The position numbers and the translations under genes are program-made. Under the pieces are notes generated by a model. That model ran no database searches and was not told where the DNA came from. It saw only the letters and a list, made by a program, of their open reading frames with translations. Positions 15,102-27,226 of a stretch of DNA of 64,000 bases are shown in pieces. How positions within the stretch are numbered: the first letter of the stretch is position 1; each line of letters opens with the position of its first letter. Origin of the DNA: Eledone cirrhosa (taxonomy: Eukaryota); contig OZ024748.1 of the NCBI GenBank assembly GCA_964016885.1, positions 4,774,001 to 4,838,000 of the forward strand, in the 5' to 3' direction.

Positions 15102-17439
15102 TAACAGATTAAAGTTTAAGCAAAGAATCGCTGCTTTCACCCTTAACGGGATCTTCTGAAACTTTAATTAATTATATATTTATATATATATATATATATA
15201 ATTAATTAAAGGTTAATTAGTCTCAAATACCAAAACATCTAAATGAAAGAAGCCTCTCAGAGAAGCAATATTTTAATATATAATATATATATATATATAT
15301 ATGTCTATCTGTGTGTGTGTGTGTATGTGTGTGTGAGAGAGAGGATGCCTGTGTGTGTATGTATATACATTTATATATATACCCATTTAAACATGTATAA
15401 GTTATACACACACACACATAGATACATATATATATATACGTTATTAATCCCCCCCCCCTCCCAATTTCTATACCACAAAATGTGGATTATTCTATGCAAA
15501 AGTTGTCGTCAGGTCCACACAGATAGTAAATCAAGATTTCTTAATCAAATTATTATCCTGCCCAGAAATACAATGAAGAGATATATATTTGTAAGTTACT
15601 CTCTGAAATATGCATAAAAACTCACGGAATACTTCACTGAGATATCATAAATATAGTCGTATCACATTTATAAATACTGGTAGAATTGATCTGTATTAAC
15701 TATATATGGTATTGTTCTTTAATGAAGTCGGAGCGGAGTAGGCCGCCCGCATGTGTGAGTCCCACGAGGTGGAGTGGATCCCCGCACTCTGAGTTCAAAT
15801 TCTACCGGAGTCAACTTTGTTCTCATCATTTCTAGGTTTATAAATATAGAAAGTAACAAAACAGGGGTTGATTCTTAATTATGAAAATTATTGTGTACAG
15901 TGCTCAGGTGCACTACAAACTCTATATCATCTTCTCGTGTTCCCTTTTCTCTTATATTCTCTGGATGGGCTCGTCTAGGAATAAATGCTTAAATTATGCC
16001 GTATATATCTATGGGACATCCACATCTCCATTAAGAGTTAAGGGACCAAACACATGCTGACGGTAATACGTTAAGAAAGGAAATTATATTGTAACTAGGA
16101 GCATGAAATCTTCATTTAGCTAATTTGCTTAGGGTAGTGTTATATATGAGGTAAATGAAATGTTTATAAGAGTTAAACGACCTTTATTTATGTGTTTTGT
16201 TTGTAGGAAATATCTTTTGAAGTATAGGAGAGTTTGAGGACTCTGCCGCCACGACCTTCTCAGGAATAATTGGAAGAAGAAGAAGAAGAAGAAGAAGAAG
16301 AAGAATAGGGACATCAGTGTAATTACAGTAATTAATTCGTTTTCTTTTGTTTTTTAAATTATACTCATTTGGGCTTCTTCTGCTTATTAATGCAGTATTT
16401 TGGATGGTAGTGTGACTTCAGCCCATCAAACTTGCTACCAATGTAATAGTTGACCGCATAAGTTAAACCTCAATAAATAGTCTAACAATTTCGACATTTA
16501 CATGAGTATATGCTGTATATAAATCTGTCAATACATATATACATGCACCCAGCAAGCCAAATACACAGAAATGTAGTTATGAAGGTCTCTGTCCATAAAT
16601 CCATTCTCTCATTATTCCATCCTACCAATCAACCAACCAACCACCCAGCCAACCAGTCATCTAACCAGATAGTTAACCCTAACACTATCTACACATCCAT
16701 AAACCTATCCACCCAGCCTTACTTCCGCCTGTCCATCCATTCATCCACCTAACCATCCATACATACATGTGTAGTCTGTCTTCTTGTCCAAAAGATCCAA
16801 TTATCCCACCATCCATCATCCATACGAGTAGCTATACATCCACACAGCCTCCACCATACATATGTCAACCCGTCCATCTATCCATGTTTCAAATCTATAT
16901 TGATAGACCGATAGCTATACCCAACCATATGTAGATCTCCCCATTCGTCCGCCCGTACTTTCTGTCTATCTCTCCATCTGTCTTTCTCTTCATTCAAAGA
17001 ATCATCCCTGCATCGGATGATTCCTCTATCCAAACATTAATCGACCTATCCATCTTTCTCTCTCACTCTTTCTACCCCCCCCCTCTCTCTCAAAACACAC
17101 ACTCACACACACATACACACATTCACATATATTCACATACATATTATCACCTACATCACATATATACACACACAAATACATATGCGGGCGCTCCTCTTTA
17201 TGAACATACAAAACATGTTTATATTTTACCCTCTCTCAAATTACACACACGCACGCACGCGCACACACACACCGACACACACACACACACACAAACATAC
17301 ACACACATGAAATCACATGGTCATGTACACATATACACTTCTGTCCCAACATCAGGTAAAATGTTTATATACCATAAACCACCACACGGAGATTAAATAG
17401 ATACTCATAGAGTCTTTATACACACTGGAAGACTACCAA

Positions 17440-17481
<42 letters not shown>

Positions 17482-17642
17482 GTGTATATATATATAAAAT
17501 TAGAACTTTATTTCTGACCCTAACACAACCGATACATAAATGTAAGTATACACACGTACACATACATATATACACATATGTATATATGTGTGTACGTGTG
17601 CATATTTACATTTATGTGTGTATATATATATTATATATATAT

Positions 17643-17714
<72 letters not shown>

Positions 17715-17818
17715 ACAAATATACACACACACATCTATATATATGTATGCATATGAGTGTGTATGTATGCGCGTTGAAGAGAGAGTGCATAACGCGCACA
17801 TATTTGTGTATTAGTATG

Positions 17819-17895
<77 letters not shown>

Positions 17896-18642
17896 TGTCT
17901 GTAATTGTATGTGTGTGTTGTGTGTATGTGTCTACGTAAATGCATGCACAAGAGTAACTGTGCGCCGGCCTGAACTCCATTCGCTACCACTAATTTCCGG
18001 ATGTCACACATTCTCACTCATACACATACAAACACATACACATACACACAAACCTTGGACACCTCCTCTGTCAAGATTTTTGTATGACATCCCCCTCCTT
18101 TCACATTGGAAGGTAAAAAAAAAAACTGATACTTCCTGTCTTTCTGATTGGACAGCCAATGTCACAGCAAAGATATCCACTTCCCTTCACAGCGAACCAA
18201 CTAATGAAGCTACAGAATAATACAAAAACAATATACAAGATCTTATGCCAATAGGTGGATACCTACGTGGCAGTATAACATGCTAGAAATAGGTAAAATA
18301 CACAGAAAACTACATCATTAATATTTCCCTAGAAAGAATAGCTAAATCTTTCAAACAACAGCGCCCTCAAAGAAAAATGGAAGTTCTGATAGAAATAGTA
18401 TCCATATTACCTCACTATGTTCCAGACTAAGACTACATTATAGTCTCTTAGAAATGAAAAGAAAAGCTTGTTAGAAATAGCAATAAAATCTGAAGATATT
18501 GAAAATAAACAAGAGAAATACCAAGGAAACAGGACTGACTTGAACTTAATAAATATTATTAATCTTTATTATAGTATTGAGCACTAATTCTAGCGATCGT
18601 CTATACTAACCTTGGTGTCTTGTCCTCTCTTTCTTAAAGTTC

Positions 18643-18727
<85 letters not shown>

Positions 18728-18742
18728 CTGCTTCGAAAGATC

Positions 18743-18842
18743 GAGACGTATCTGAGGATCTTGCGATTTTCAGAGTCAGATTCGATCATCGCATCGATCG
18801 TGCCTCGAGCTTGTCGCCGGAGAAGCGATTGTAATATGTCTC
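18743..18842 (+). ncRNA. Hammerhead motif with long stem II (family E), GAAA>GAAG variant
   Basis: 9-bp stem I GAGACGTAT/ATATGTCTC, CTGAGGA, TCTTGCGA...TCGCCGGA, GAAG-C-GATT-G-TA. The insert 18724-18889 is flanked by (TA)n on both sides. Confidence 0.65.
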
Positions 18843-18884
18843 ATAAATTCTGATTCGTCGCGCCTCTGATTCACCGTTTCTTAT

Positions 18885-18967
<83 letters not shown>

Positions 18968-19118
18968 ATAATAATACATTTGAAGACTAAAATCCAAAGA
19001 GGGCTCGATAAGGATAAATATATATCAAATATATAAGAACTGTAGAGCAAATATTTATTAAAAGAAGATCCCGTTAAGGGTGAAAGCAGCGATTCTTTGC
19101 TTAAACTTTAATCTGTTA

Positions 19119-19167
<49 letters not shown>

Positions 19168-19967
19168 GTAGGTCTCATTGGCTTTTCATTAATCTATTTA
19201 TCTACACACACATAAATGTGTGTGTATAAATATGCGCACAAGTAAATGTGTGTGAGAGAGAGAGAGAGAGAAAGATGGAGACAGTGTGTGTATATATGAA
19301 CATACATTGTCTCAAAGCTATAGGATTTTCACCGAAAAGTACATTTATTTAACAGATTAGGCAACACATACCTAGACATTCGCACACATACATAGACACA
19401 CACACATACATACATTTACATTCACACAATCATAGACACCTCCACACACACGGTTATCTAAAATACGCGAAGTGAGCAAAAATTGTCCATGCGTAAGAAT
19501 AACTAACGTTTGAAAATATAGCCTTTTATATTTCTTTCGTAATTATTTAAATTTGGTACCCGTTGGTGGCTGAATCGGTAGAGCGTACCTTATATGTTTC
19601 GCTTCTTTACGTTCTGAGTTCAAATCTTACCGAGATTAGCTTTGCCTCTCATCCTTATTGGATCGACAGTAACGCACTGTGGTGGTCTTAATCGACTTTA
19701 CGTATATATATATAAAATTATTTGTTATATATATATAACTATTTGTTATATATATATATAACTATTTGTTATATATATATATATATATATATAGTAATAA
19801 TAAATGTGAAGACTAAAATCCGGAGAGGGCCCAATAAGAATTATATGTATATAAACCCGTAGAGCAAATGTTTATTATAAGAACAGATCAAATTTTAAGC
19901 AAAGAATCGCAGCTATTCTTTGCTACAACTTTAATATGTTCTTATAATAAATAAATATATATATATG

Positions 19968-20040
<73 letters not shown>

Positions 20041-20155
20041 CGAAGGAAATGTGGTAAGGAACCAGGTGGACCATAACGCACCAAAGTACTCAATACTCAA
20101 GTCCAGAATTAGCCGTCGAAACGGCTTGAGCTCAGCCGTCGGGGTCTTACTGGTT

Positions 20156-20199
<44 letters not shown>

Positions 20200-20344
20200 C
20201 GAAGTCATTCCCCACACAGTTTAACGAAAGTGTGCACTCTGGCCAGCTGGGAGCGAATTTTAATAATTCCAACTTGGATATCAATTGAGTGAGGGAGGAG
20301 ACGGCAGAAGCTCTGTCCCTTCTTTTCGACTTGCTTTGTCTCCT

Positions 20345-20393
<49 letters not shown>

Positions 20394-20645
20394 GAGAGGG
20401 AGAGAATATCTTATACATATCACGGACGTGTAGATAAAATAGGGATATATATATATACAACCTTAAGCAACTTAAATATAAGGAGCCTGACCAATATATA
20501 TATATATGTCTATATGTGTCTATATATATATATATTATTGAGTGTCTATCGGGGATAACCACAGTGATTAAGGTACTCAATAGTCATTTCCTAATGAGTT
20601 CCTTCGAATGAAACAGTTCTAGTCCTATAGAAACCATTTCTGTAT

Positions 20646-20703
<58 letters not shown>

Positions 20704-20753
20704 ATGACTGAATCTTAACCATCTACTATGTTAGGGTATGTCATGTATCATTT

Positions 20754-20820
20754 TATTTTATCTGATGAGGACGTATTGTTGAACTTAAATCAGTACCTCT
20801 GAAATATGTATAATAAAATA
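20754..20820 (+). ncRNA. Hammerhead ribozyme (family D)
   Basis: TATTTTAT-CTGATGA-GGACGTATTG..CAGTACCTCT-GAAA-TATGTA-TA-ATAAAATA: perfect 8-bp stem I, AUA site. Confidence 0.75.
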
Positions 20821-20891
20821 TAATTGATCACAAGAATATCTATTTTGTTAATATTTTGAATTAATATTATATATATATAAGTTACGGTTGA

Positions 20892-20950
<59 letters not shown>

Positions 20951-20960
20951 AGTGTGTGTG

Positions 20961-21076
<116 letters not shown>

Positions 21077-21157
21077 GATATTAAATAAATGGAAACTATA
21101 TATATAAAACCATATTTATTTTATTATATATATATTTCGATATATATATATATATAG

Positions 21158-21276
21158 ATCTGAGTTCAAATCCCGCCGAGGTTGACTTTGCCTTTCATCC
21201 TTACGGGGTCGTTAAAATAAAGTACCAGTAATGCACTGGCTAATTGCTGGTCTTGTGCCTAATGTAGAAACAATTA
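21158..21276 (+). mobile_element. 5'-truncated SINE (major family)
   Basis: B box through tail match the consensus. Confidence 0.85.
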
Positions 21277-21670
21277 TATATATATTTCAAGGGCAACCAA
21301 GACAACATTGGTACGCTTTCATCAGATAAAATACAAAGTTTGTTTTATAAATAGAGATATACCTATGAAAATCATACCTTATCGGTTGGAAATTCACTGG
21401 ATAGTCCAACCGATTAGGTATGATTTTCATGGGTACGTCTCTATATATAAAACAAACTTTGTATTTTATCTGATGAAAGCGTACCAATATTGTCTTGGTT
21501 GCCATTGAAATATATATATAATAAAATAAATATGGTTATATAAATATAGTTTCCATTTATTTAATATCTTTGAATATTTATTCCAGTAAACTGTTGAGTG
21601 CTCTAAATCAGTTATAAACATTTATGTTTGTCGGACTTCCAACAAATTAAATACAACCTCTACTTATATA
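21277..21670 (+). mobile_element. Fold-back PLE terminus (family D) with hammerhead at 21462-21528
   Basis: ~110-bp inverted arms 21277-21390 / 21405-21520 with a 14-nt spacer. TATTTTAT-CTGATGA...GAAA-TATATATA-TA-ATAAAATA followed by the family D tail. Confidence 0.75.
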
Positions 21671-22307
21671 TATATATATTCAACCGTAACTTATTTTACC
21701 TCGTAGACATAAAAGGTTTATCTAAAACAGAAAAATGACTCCTCAACTTGTTTCGAAATTTCACTAAAATATATTTCCTCAGCTTAGTTTAGGAGCTAAT
21801 TTTCTCTCCATTTTAAAAATATTTAAAACCTTGAGTTAATTACATAAAACTAATTAGCATGGTGTGTATAAGACACATGAAATATGTCGTACGGCACGCC
21901 ATCAATCACATGGGTGTGAAATATAGAAAATATCACACGTATTGCTATGTGATACGATCGTGTTTTTCCAACCCTTTGTTAATTTGCTAAAAGGTGTATT
22001 TCACTGAAATGGAATATGTAGTAGAAACATTAATTATCAAAATCTGAGTGTGAAAATATATTAGATATCCCACACTTTGTTAAGTGATACGATAGTGTTT
22101 ATAGTTTTTTTTTTTCAAACACTTCGTTAATTATTCGTGTGCCATAGCACTACGTGTGTGTATATGTATGTGTGTGCATGTGTGTGTGTGTCTCTGTGTG
22201 TGCGTCTGTGTGTGCATGTGCCCGTGTGTACGTGCGTGCGTGTTTGTATATATATATATATATATATGAGTGTGTGTGTATGAGAGAGAGACAGAGAGTG
22301 TGTGTGT

Positions 22308-22354
<47 letters not shown>

Positions 22355-22710
22355 TCTGTGAGTGTGTGTGTATATCTGTTTCTGTGTCTGTGGAATGGAA
22401 TTATCCACCATCGGGTTTTTATGTTGAGTGTGGCAGTTCTTCAATGAACAGAAGAAACTACTCATGAAATTATATATATATATAATATTATATATATATA
22501 TAATATTATATATATATATATATATAATATTATATATATATAATATTATATATATATATAATATTATATATATATAATATTATATATATATATATATAAA
22601 ATATTATATATATATATATAATATTATATATATATATATAATATTATATATATATATATATATAATATTATATATATATAATATAATATATATATAATAT
22701 TATATATATA

Positions 22711-22850
22711 GTTAGGGCTCTTGCCATTCTGAGTTCAAATCCCGCCGAGGTTAACTTTGCCTTTCATCCTTACGGGGTCGATAAAATAAAGAAAGTACCA
22801 GTAATTCACTGGATAATTTGCTGGCCTTGATATAAAAGTAGAAACAATTA
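22711..22850 (+). mobile_element. 5'-truncated SINE (major family)
   Basis: Consensus match from upstream of the B box to the tail. Confidence 0.85.
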
Positions 22851-22940
22851 TATATATATATATATATATATTACAAATTTAAGAGCGAATGACATATAGA
22901 AATATATCAAAGATTATACAGGAGATAATTTAAAAATAAA

Positions 22941-22976
<36 letters not shown>

Positions 22977-23049
22977 CAAAGGAAATGTGGTAAGGAACCA
23001 GATGGACCATAACGCACCAGAGTACTCAGTACTCAATACTTATATATTT

Positions 23050-23083
<34 letters not shown>

Positions 23084-23115
23084 AGTAACCACACAACGCC
23101 TTTGTCACTTTTTAA

Positions 23116-23151
<36 letters not shown>

Positions 23152-23208
23152 TTAAAAAGTGACAAAGGCGTTGTCTGGTTACTAATAAATATTATTTAGA
23201 AAACGTAA

Positions 23209-23306
23209 AGGTTGACTTTGCCTTTCATCCTTACGGGGTCGATAAAATAAAGTACCAGTAATGCACTGGGTAATTGCTGACCTTGTGCCTAAAGTAGAAA
23301 CAATTA
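23209..23306 (+). mobile_element. 5'-truncated SINE with 18-bp TSD
   Basis: TSD ATTATTTAGAAAACGTAA at 23191-23208 and 23303-23320. Confidence 0.85.
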
Positions 23307-23419
23307 TTTAGAAAACGTAAGAGAAACACAAACATAAACACAAGGAGAATTCCCGCTCGTCTGTGGATCTCTTATAATTCGAACTTTCGAGCGCATTCAA
23401 TATATATATATCTACCAAC

Positions 23420-23463
<44 letters not shown>

Positions 23464-23640
23464 AGTTAAACACTCACAATAGTCCCTTATAATCAAAATA
23501 GCTCAAGGAAAAAAAGATTTTCCGAGTCTTATAATATAATATAATTGTTTCTGCTTTAGGCTCAAGGCCAGCAATTACCCAGTGCATTAGAGACAAACAC
23601 AGATATATTAATATATGCGTTCAAATCAAAAGGGAATTAA

Positions 23641-23679
<39 letters not shown>

Positions 23680-23808
23680 AACAAGTATGACCCAGGCGGC
23701 AGATCTCAAGACGTTTCGACGGCTATTTCTGGACTCACTCTACTACCCTAAGTATTGAGTACTTTGGTGTGTTATGGTCCATCTGGTTCCTTACTACAAT
23801 TCCTTCGT

Positions 23809-23927
<119 letters not shown>

Positions 23928-24023
23928 GTTGGTGAAAAATCACGTGAAATCCGTCGATGAAAGATCAAGGGAAACAGTACTCAATCTGTTGGAAGAGTGC
24001 TTATTTATTTTAAACAAAGTTTC

Positions 24024-24148
24024 ATATACTTAACATGTATGTGCTATCATTGGTTTCAGTGTTCAGTTATGGTCTACCTCTTTATACAGTGGTGGCCATG
24101 ACTGGACTCCGAAACGAATGGTAGTATATATATATGTTAAGTATATGT
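24024..24148. mobile_element. Degenerate fold-back with HHR 3' half (GACTCCGAAACGAATGGTA)
   Basis: CATATACTTAACAT...TTCAGTTATGGTC mirrors GCCATGACTGGA...ATGTTAAGTATATG; the insert sits between TA arrays. Confidence 0.5.
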
Positions 24149-24170
24149 CACTTTCTTTTTACTATATATA

Positions 24171-24352
24171 TAATTGTTTCTACTTTTGGCACAAGGCCAG
24201 CAATTAAATCTGTGTATTACTGGTACTTTATTTTATTGACCCCGTAAGGATGAAAGGCAAAGTTAACCTCGGCGGGATTTGAACCGAGAATGGCAAGGGC
24301 CGTAACTCTATGCGTCAAAGCATGGCGTCGGACCCTCTACCGATACTGCCAA
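24171..24352 (-). mobile_element. Near-full-length SINE (major family)
   Basis: A box, B box, core and tail all present. Confidence 0.88.
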
Positions 24353-24669
24353 GTATAATATATATATATAGTTGTATGTGCGTTTGTGTGTGTATGTATA
24401 TGTACATGTGTGTGTAAACGGGCCATCAGTGGTAGGCTGGGGTAATGAGACTCCTAAATGGAGGATGTAGGGTTGGATGTATGTATTGTGAAAAGCTCAC
24501 GTTGATTGGTCAATCTGTTTCACTAACTGACTAACTAACTGCCTGACTGACAGACTTGATTCAGTTGATGATAAGAAGCTTGGCCATTGTTTGAGATGGC
24601 GTGTTGTGAAATACTGGGATTGTTGGTCATGTTGTGAGTAGTCGTGGTGGTGGTAGTGGAGGTGTTGAT

Positions 24670-25070
24670 GGTGGTGAAGTGGGCTCGTGATTGTGGTAGT
24701 GGTGGTGGTGGAGGTGATGGAGGTGATGGTGCTGATGGTGGTGATGGTGGTAAAGGGAGCTCGTGATGGACATGGTGGACGTGGTGGTGGTGGAGGTGAT
24801 GGTGGTGATGGTGGTGATGGTGATGAAGGGGGCTCGTGATGGACATGGTGGACGTGGTGGTGGTGGAAGAGTGTTGTTGTGATGGTGATGATGGTGGTGA
24901 AGGGGGCTCGTGATGGACATGGTGGACGTGGTGGTGGTGGTGGTGGTGGAGGTGATGGTGCTGATGGTGGTGATGGTGGTGAAGGGGGCTCGTGATGGAC
25001 ATGGTGGACGTGGTGGTGGTGGTGGTGGTGATGGTGAAGGGGGCTCGTGATGGACGTGGTTGGAATGGCG
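24670..25070. repeat. GGT-derived minisatellite, ~6 variable-length units (core GGGGCTCGTGATGGACATGGTGGACGTGG)
   Basis: The core recurs near 24681, 24755, 24828, 24902, 24983 and 25038. Confidence 0.85.
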
Positions 25071-25279
25071 GCGGCGCTGGTGGTGGTGATGGAAGAGGGT
25101 TTTCCTAATGGTGATGATGATGATGATGGTGACGCTGGTGATATTGGTAGTGGTGGTGGTGTTGATGGAAGAGGCTTGTCGTAATGGTGATGATGATTGT
25201 GGTGGAGATGGTAGTAGTGTTAGGGGTAATGGTTGAAGGGAGTTGTCGTTTTGATGGTTAGATAGTAGGTCTTGTTTGT

Positions 25280-25710
25280 GATGATGTTTGTTGTTGGTGG
25301 TGTTGATGGTTGTTTTTGAGGTGGAGGTGGTGTTGGTGGTTATTGTTGTTGGTGGTGTTGGTGGTTATTGTTGTTGTTGGTGTTGGTGGTTATTGTTGTT
25401 GGTGGTGTTGTTTCTAGTGTTGTTGCTGTTGACAATAAAGATTTGTTGTTGTTTGGTGGGTGATGTTGTTGATGTTATTACTGGTGCTGTTGTTGTTGGT
25501 AGAGGAGTAGTGCAGGTGTTGTTGTTGTTGGTAGAGGGGTATTGTGGGTGTTGTTGTTGTTGTTGAAGAAGAAGAAGAAGAAGAAGAAGAAGAAGAAGAA
25601 GAAGAGAGAAGAAAAAGCGAGAGAAGAAGAAGGCGAAGAAGAAGAGAAAGAAAAAGAAAAAGGAGAAGAAGAAGAAGAAGAAGAAGAAGAAGAAGAAGAA
25701 GAAGATGGTA
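25280..25710. repeat. Compound trinucleotide repeats (TGT/GGT)n then (GAA)n
   Basis: Direct reading. Confidence 0.9.
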
Positions 25711-26007
25711 GTAGGTTGGGAGAGAGAAAATTATAAAATGTGACACAATAGTTTGTTTGTTGTATTTGAATGAAAGGGGGAGGGGGAGCATCTAATGTTT
25801 ATTTTAATTTTATTTTTCAGAGCTAATTTCTGTGAACAGATTGACGTGGTAAACTCATGAATATTTACTAATATATGAGGGTACCAGAGTGACAGAATCG
25901 GTAGAGCGTCAGGCGTTGAGCAGTGTGGCATTTAGTTACCTCCTTTACATCCCTTGGTTAAAAACCGACATACAACCTCCTTTTTGATATCCATTCATCC
26001 CTTAGAA

Positions 26008-26283
26008 CAGTTGTGGGTAACCTGCAGCCCGCGAACCTTTCTCAATGGCTCGCCTAAGTCACCTAAGTGAAATCTTTCTAATTGTTTTACCCCAACTTTT
26101 CAGTCGTAATTTATCTTTCTATCATTTTTACGATCGAGGAAAACAACTTGAACGAATTCTGAAGAAACAAATCAAAACTACCTGAGTTACCACCCTTTTT
26201 TTAAAATGTGGGCATAAATGTGAATTAGGGCTTGCGGGCCCCTGATGATGAGCCTGCTTCTCGAAAAAGGCTGCCCATGCCTG
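26008..26283. mobile_element. Non-autonomous hAT (Charlie-like) MITE
   Basis: Termini CAGTTGTGGGTAACCT / AGGCTGCCCATGCCTG are imperfect TIRs, with subterminal GCCCGCG/GCGGGCC. 8-bp TSD CCTTAGAA (26000-26007) / CTTTAGAA (26284-26291). Confidence 0.7.
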
Positions 26284-26569
26284 CTTTAGAAGGTTAGATG
26301 GGATAATATAATGTAGCAATAGCAGTAATATTATCGGGGATTCGATGGTAAGGTGATTCAAATCCCAGCTCTATAAATGAGAAACAGTCTGTTTAATGTT
26401 TAGCCTAGATTTAAATGAAAAAACTCATCGCTAGAACAGCCGTTAAAATTCCTTAATGCTGTCTGTGACAGACGGCTGTTCCTGCGATGAGTTTTCTCAT
26501 TGTTATATGTTCTCTCGCTTCGTCTCGATCTGATACAACATTGGTTTTACATTTATATATATATATACG

Positions 26570-26619
<50 letters not shown>

Positions 26620-26643
26620 TATATATATATATATATATATACG

Positions 26644-26722
<79 letters not shown>

Positions 26723-26920
26723 ATACTTGGGGAGGGTCATATTTGTGTAATATTGCCAGAATTAATAACAGAACACACTCACTGTTTGGTTGGTTTTCGC
26801 TTTTCGCTTCTGTGTCTTTTATATCGGTAATCTAATTTATTCGGTCCTTCATGTTGCCATTGACTGACCAACGATCAAAAATACAAATACAATATAGACA
26901 CAAACACATATATATAGTTT

Positions 26921-26964
26921 ATCAAAGTTCTTTCGTTGCACATCTGCAACATCGTCAGTGGTGC
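26921..26964 (-). ncRNA. Minimal type I hammerhead ribozyme in the PLE 3' pseudo-LTR (family N)
   Basis: Minus strand reads acca-CTGACGA-T-GTTGCA-gatg-TGCAAC-GAAA-GAAC-TT-tgat: intact core, 6-bp stem II, 2-bp stem III, predicted CUU site, weak stem I. Confidence 0.75.
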
Positions 26965-27226
26965 TATTGTTTCTCCCGTTGCATTGTATTTTCTACGCCA
27001 TCTTTATTTAGTCTGTTTATATATTTATTTATTGGTTTATTTTATTTTGTTTTCTTTGCGCATGCGTTTGCGTGTGTGTATAGTGTTTTGTTTGATGTGT
27101 GTTCGTGATTGGGTGACTGTGTATTGGTTAATGTATTCTATCTTTACTAGTGTGTGTTTATATGTGTTTGTTGTTATTGTGCTTGTGTATGTATTTATTT
27201 ATTTATTTATTTATCTATTTATTTAT

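Noticed and set aside
21287-21508. Mirror-image ORFs on both strands, or a miRNA-like hairpin
   Set aside because: Explained by the fold-back insertion; a miRNA cannot be supported without small-RNA data.
24535-25002. His/Pro/Gly-rich ORFs suggesting a structural protein
   Set aside because: They arise from a GGT minisatellite whose unit lengths shift frame between units, with no signal peptide or splice evidence.
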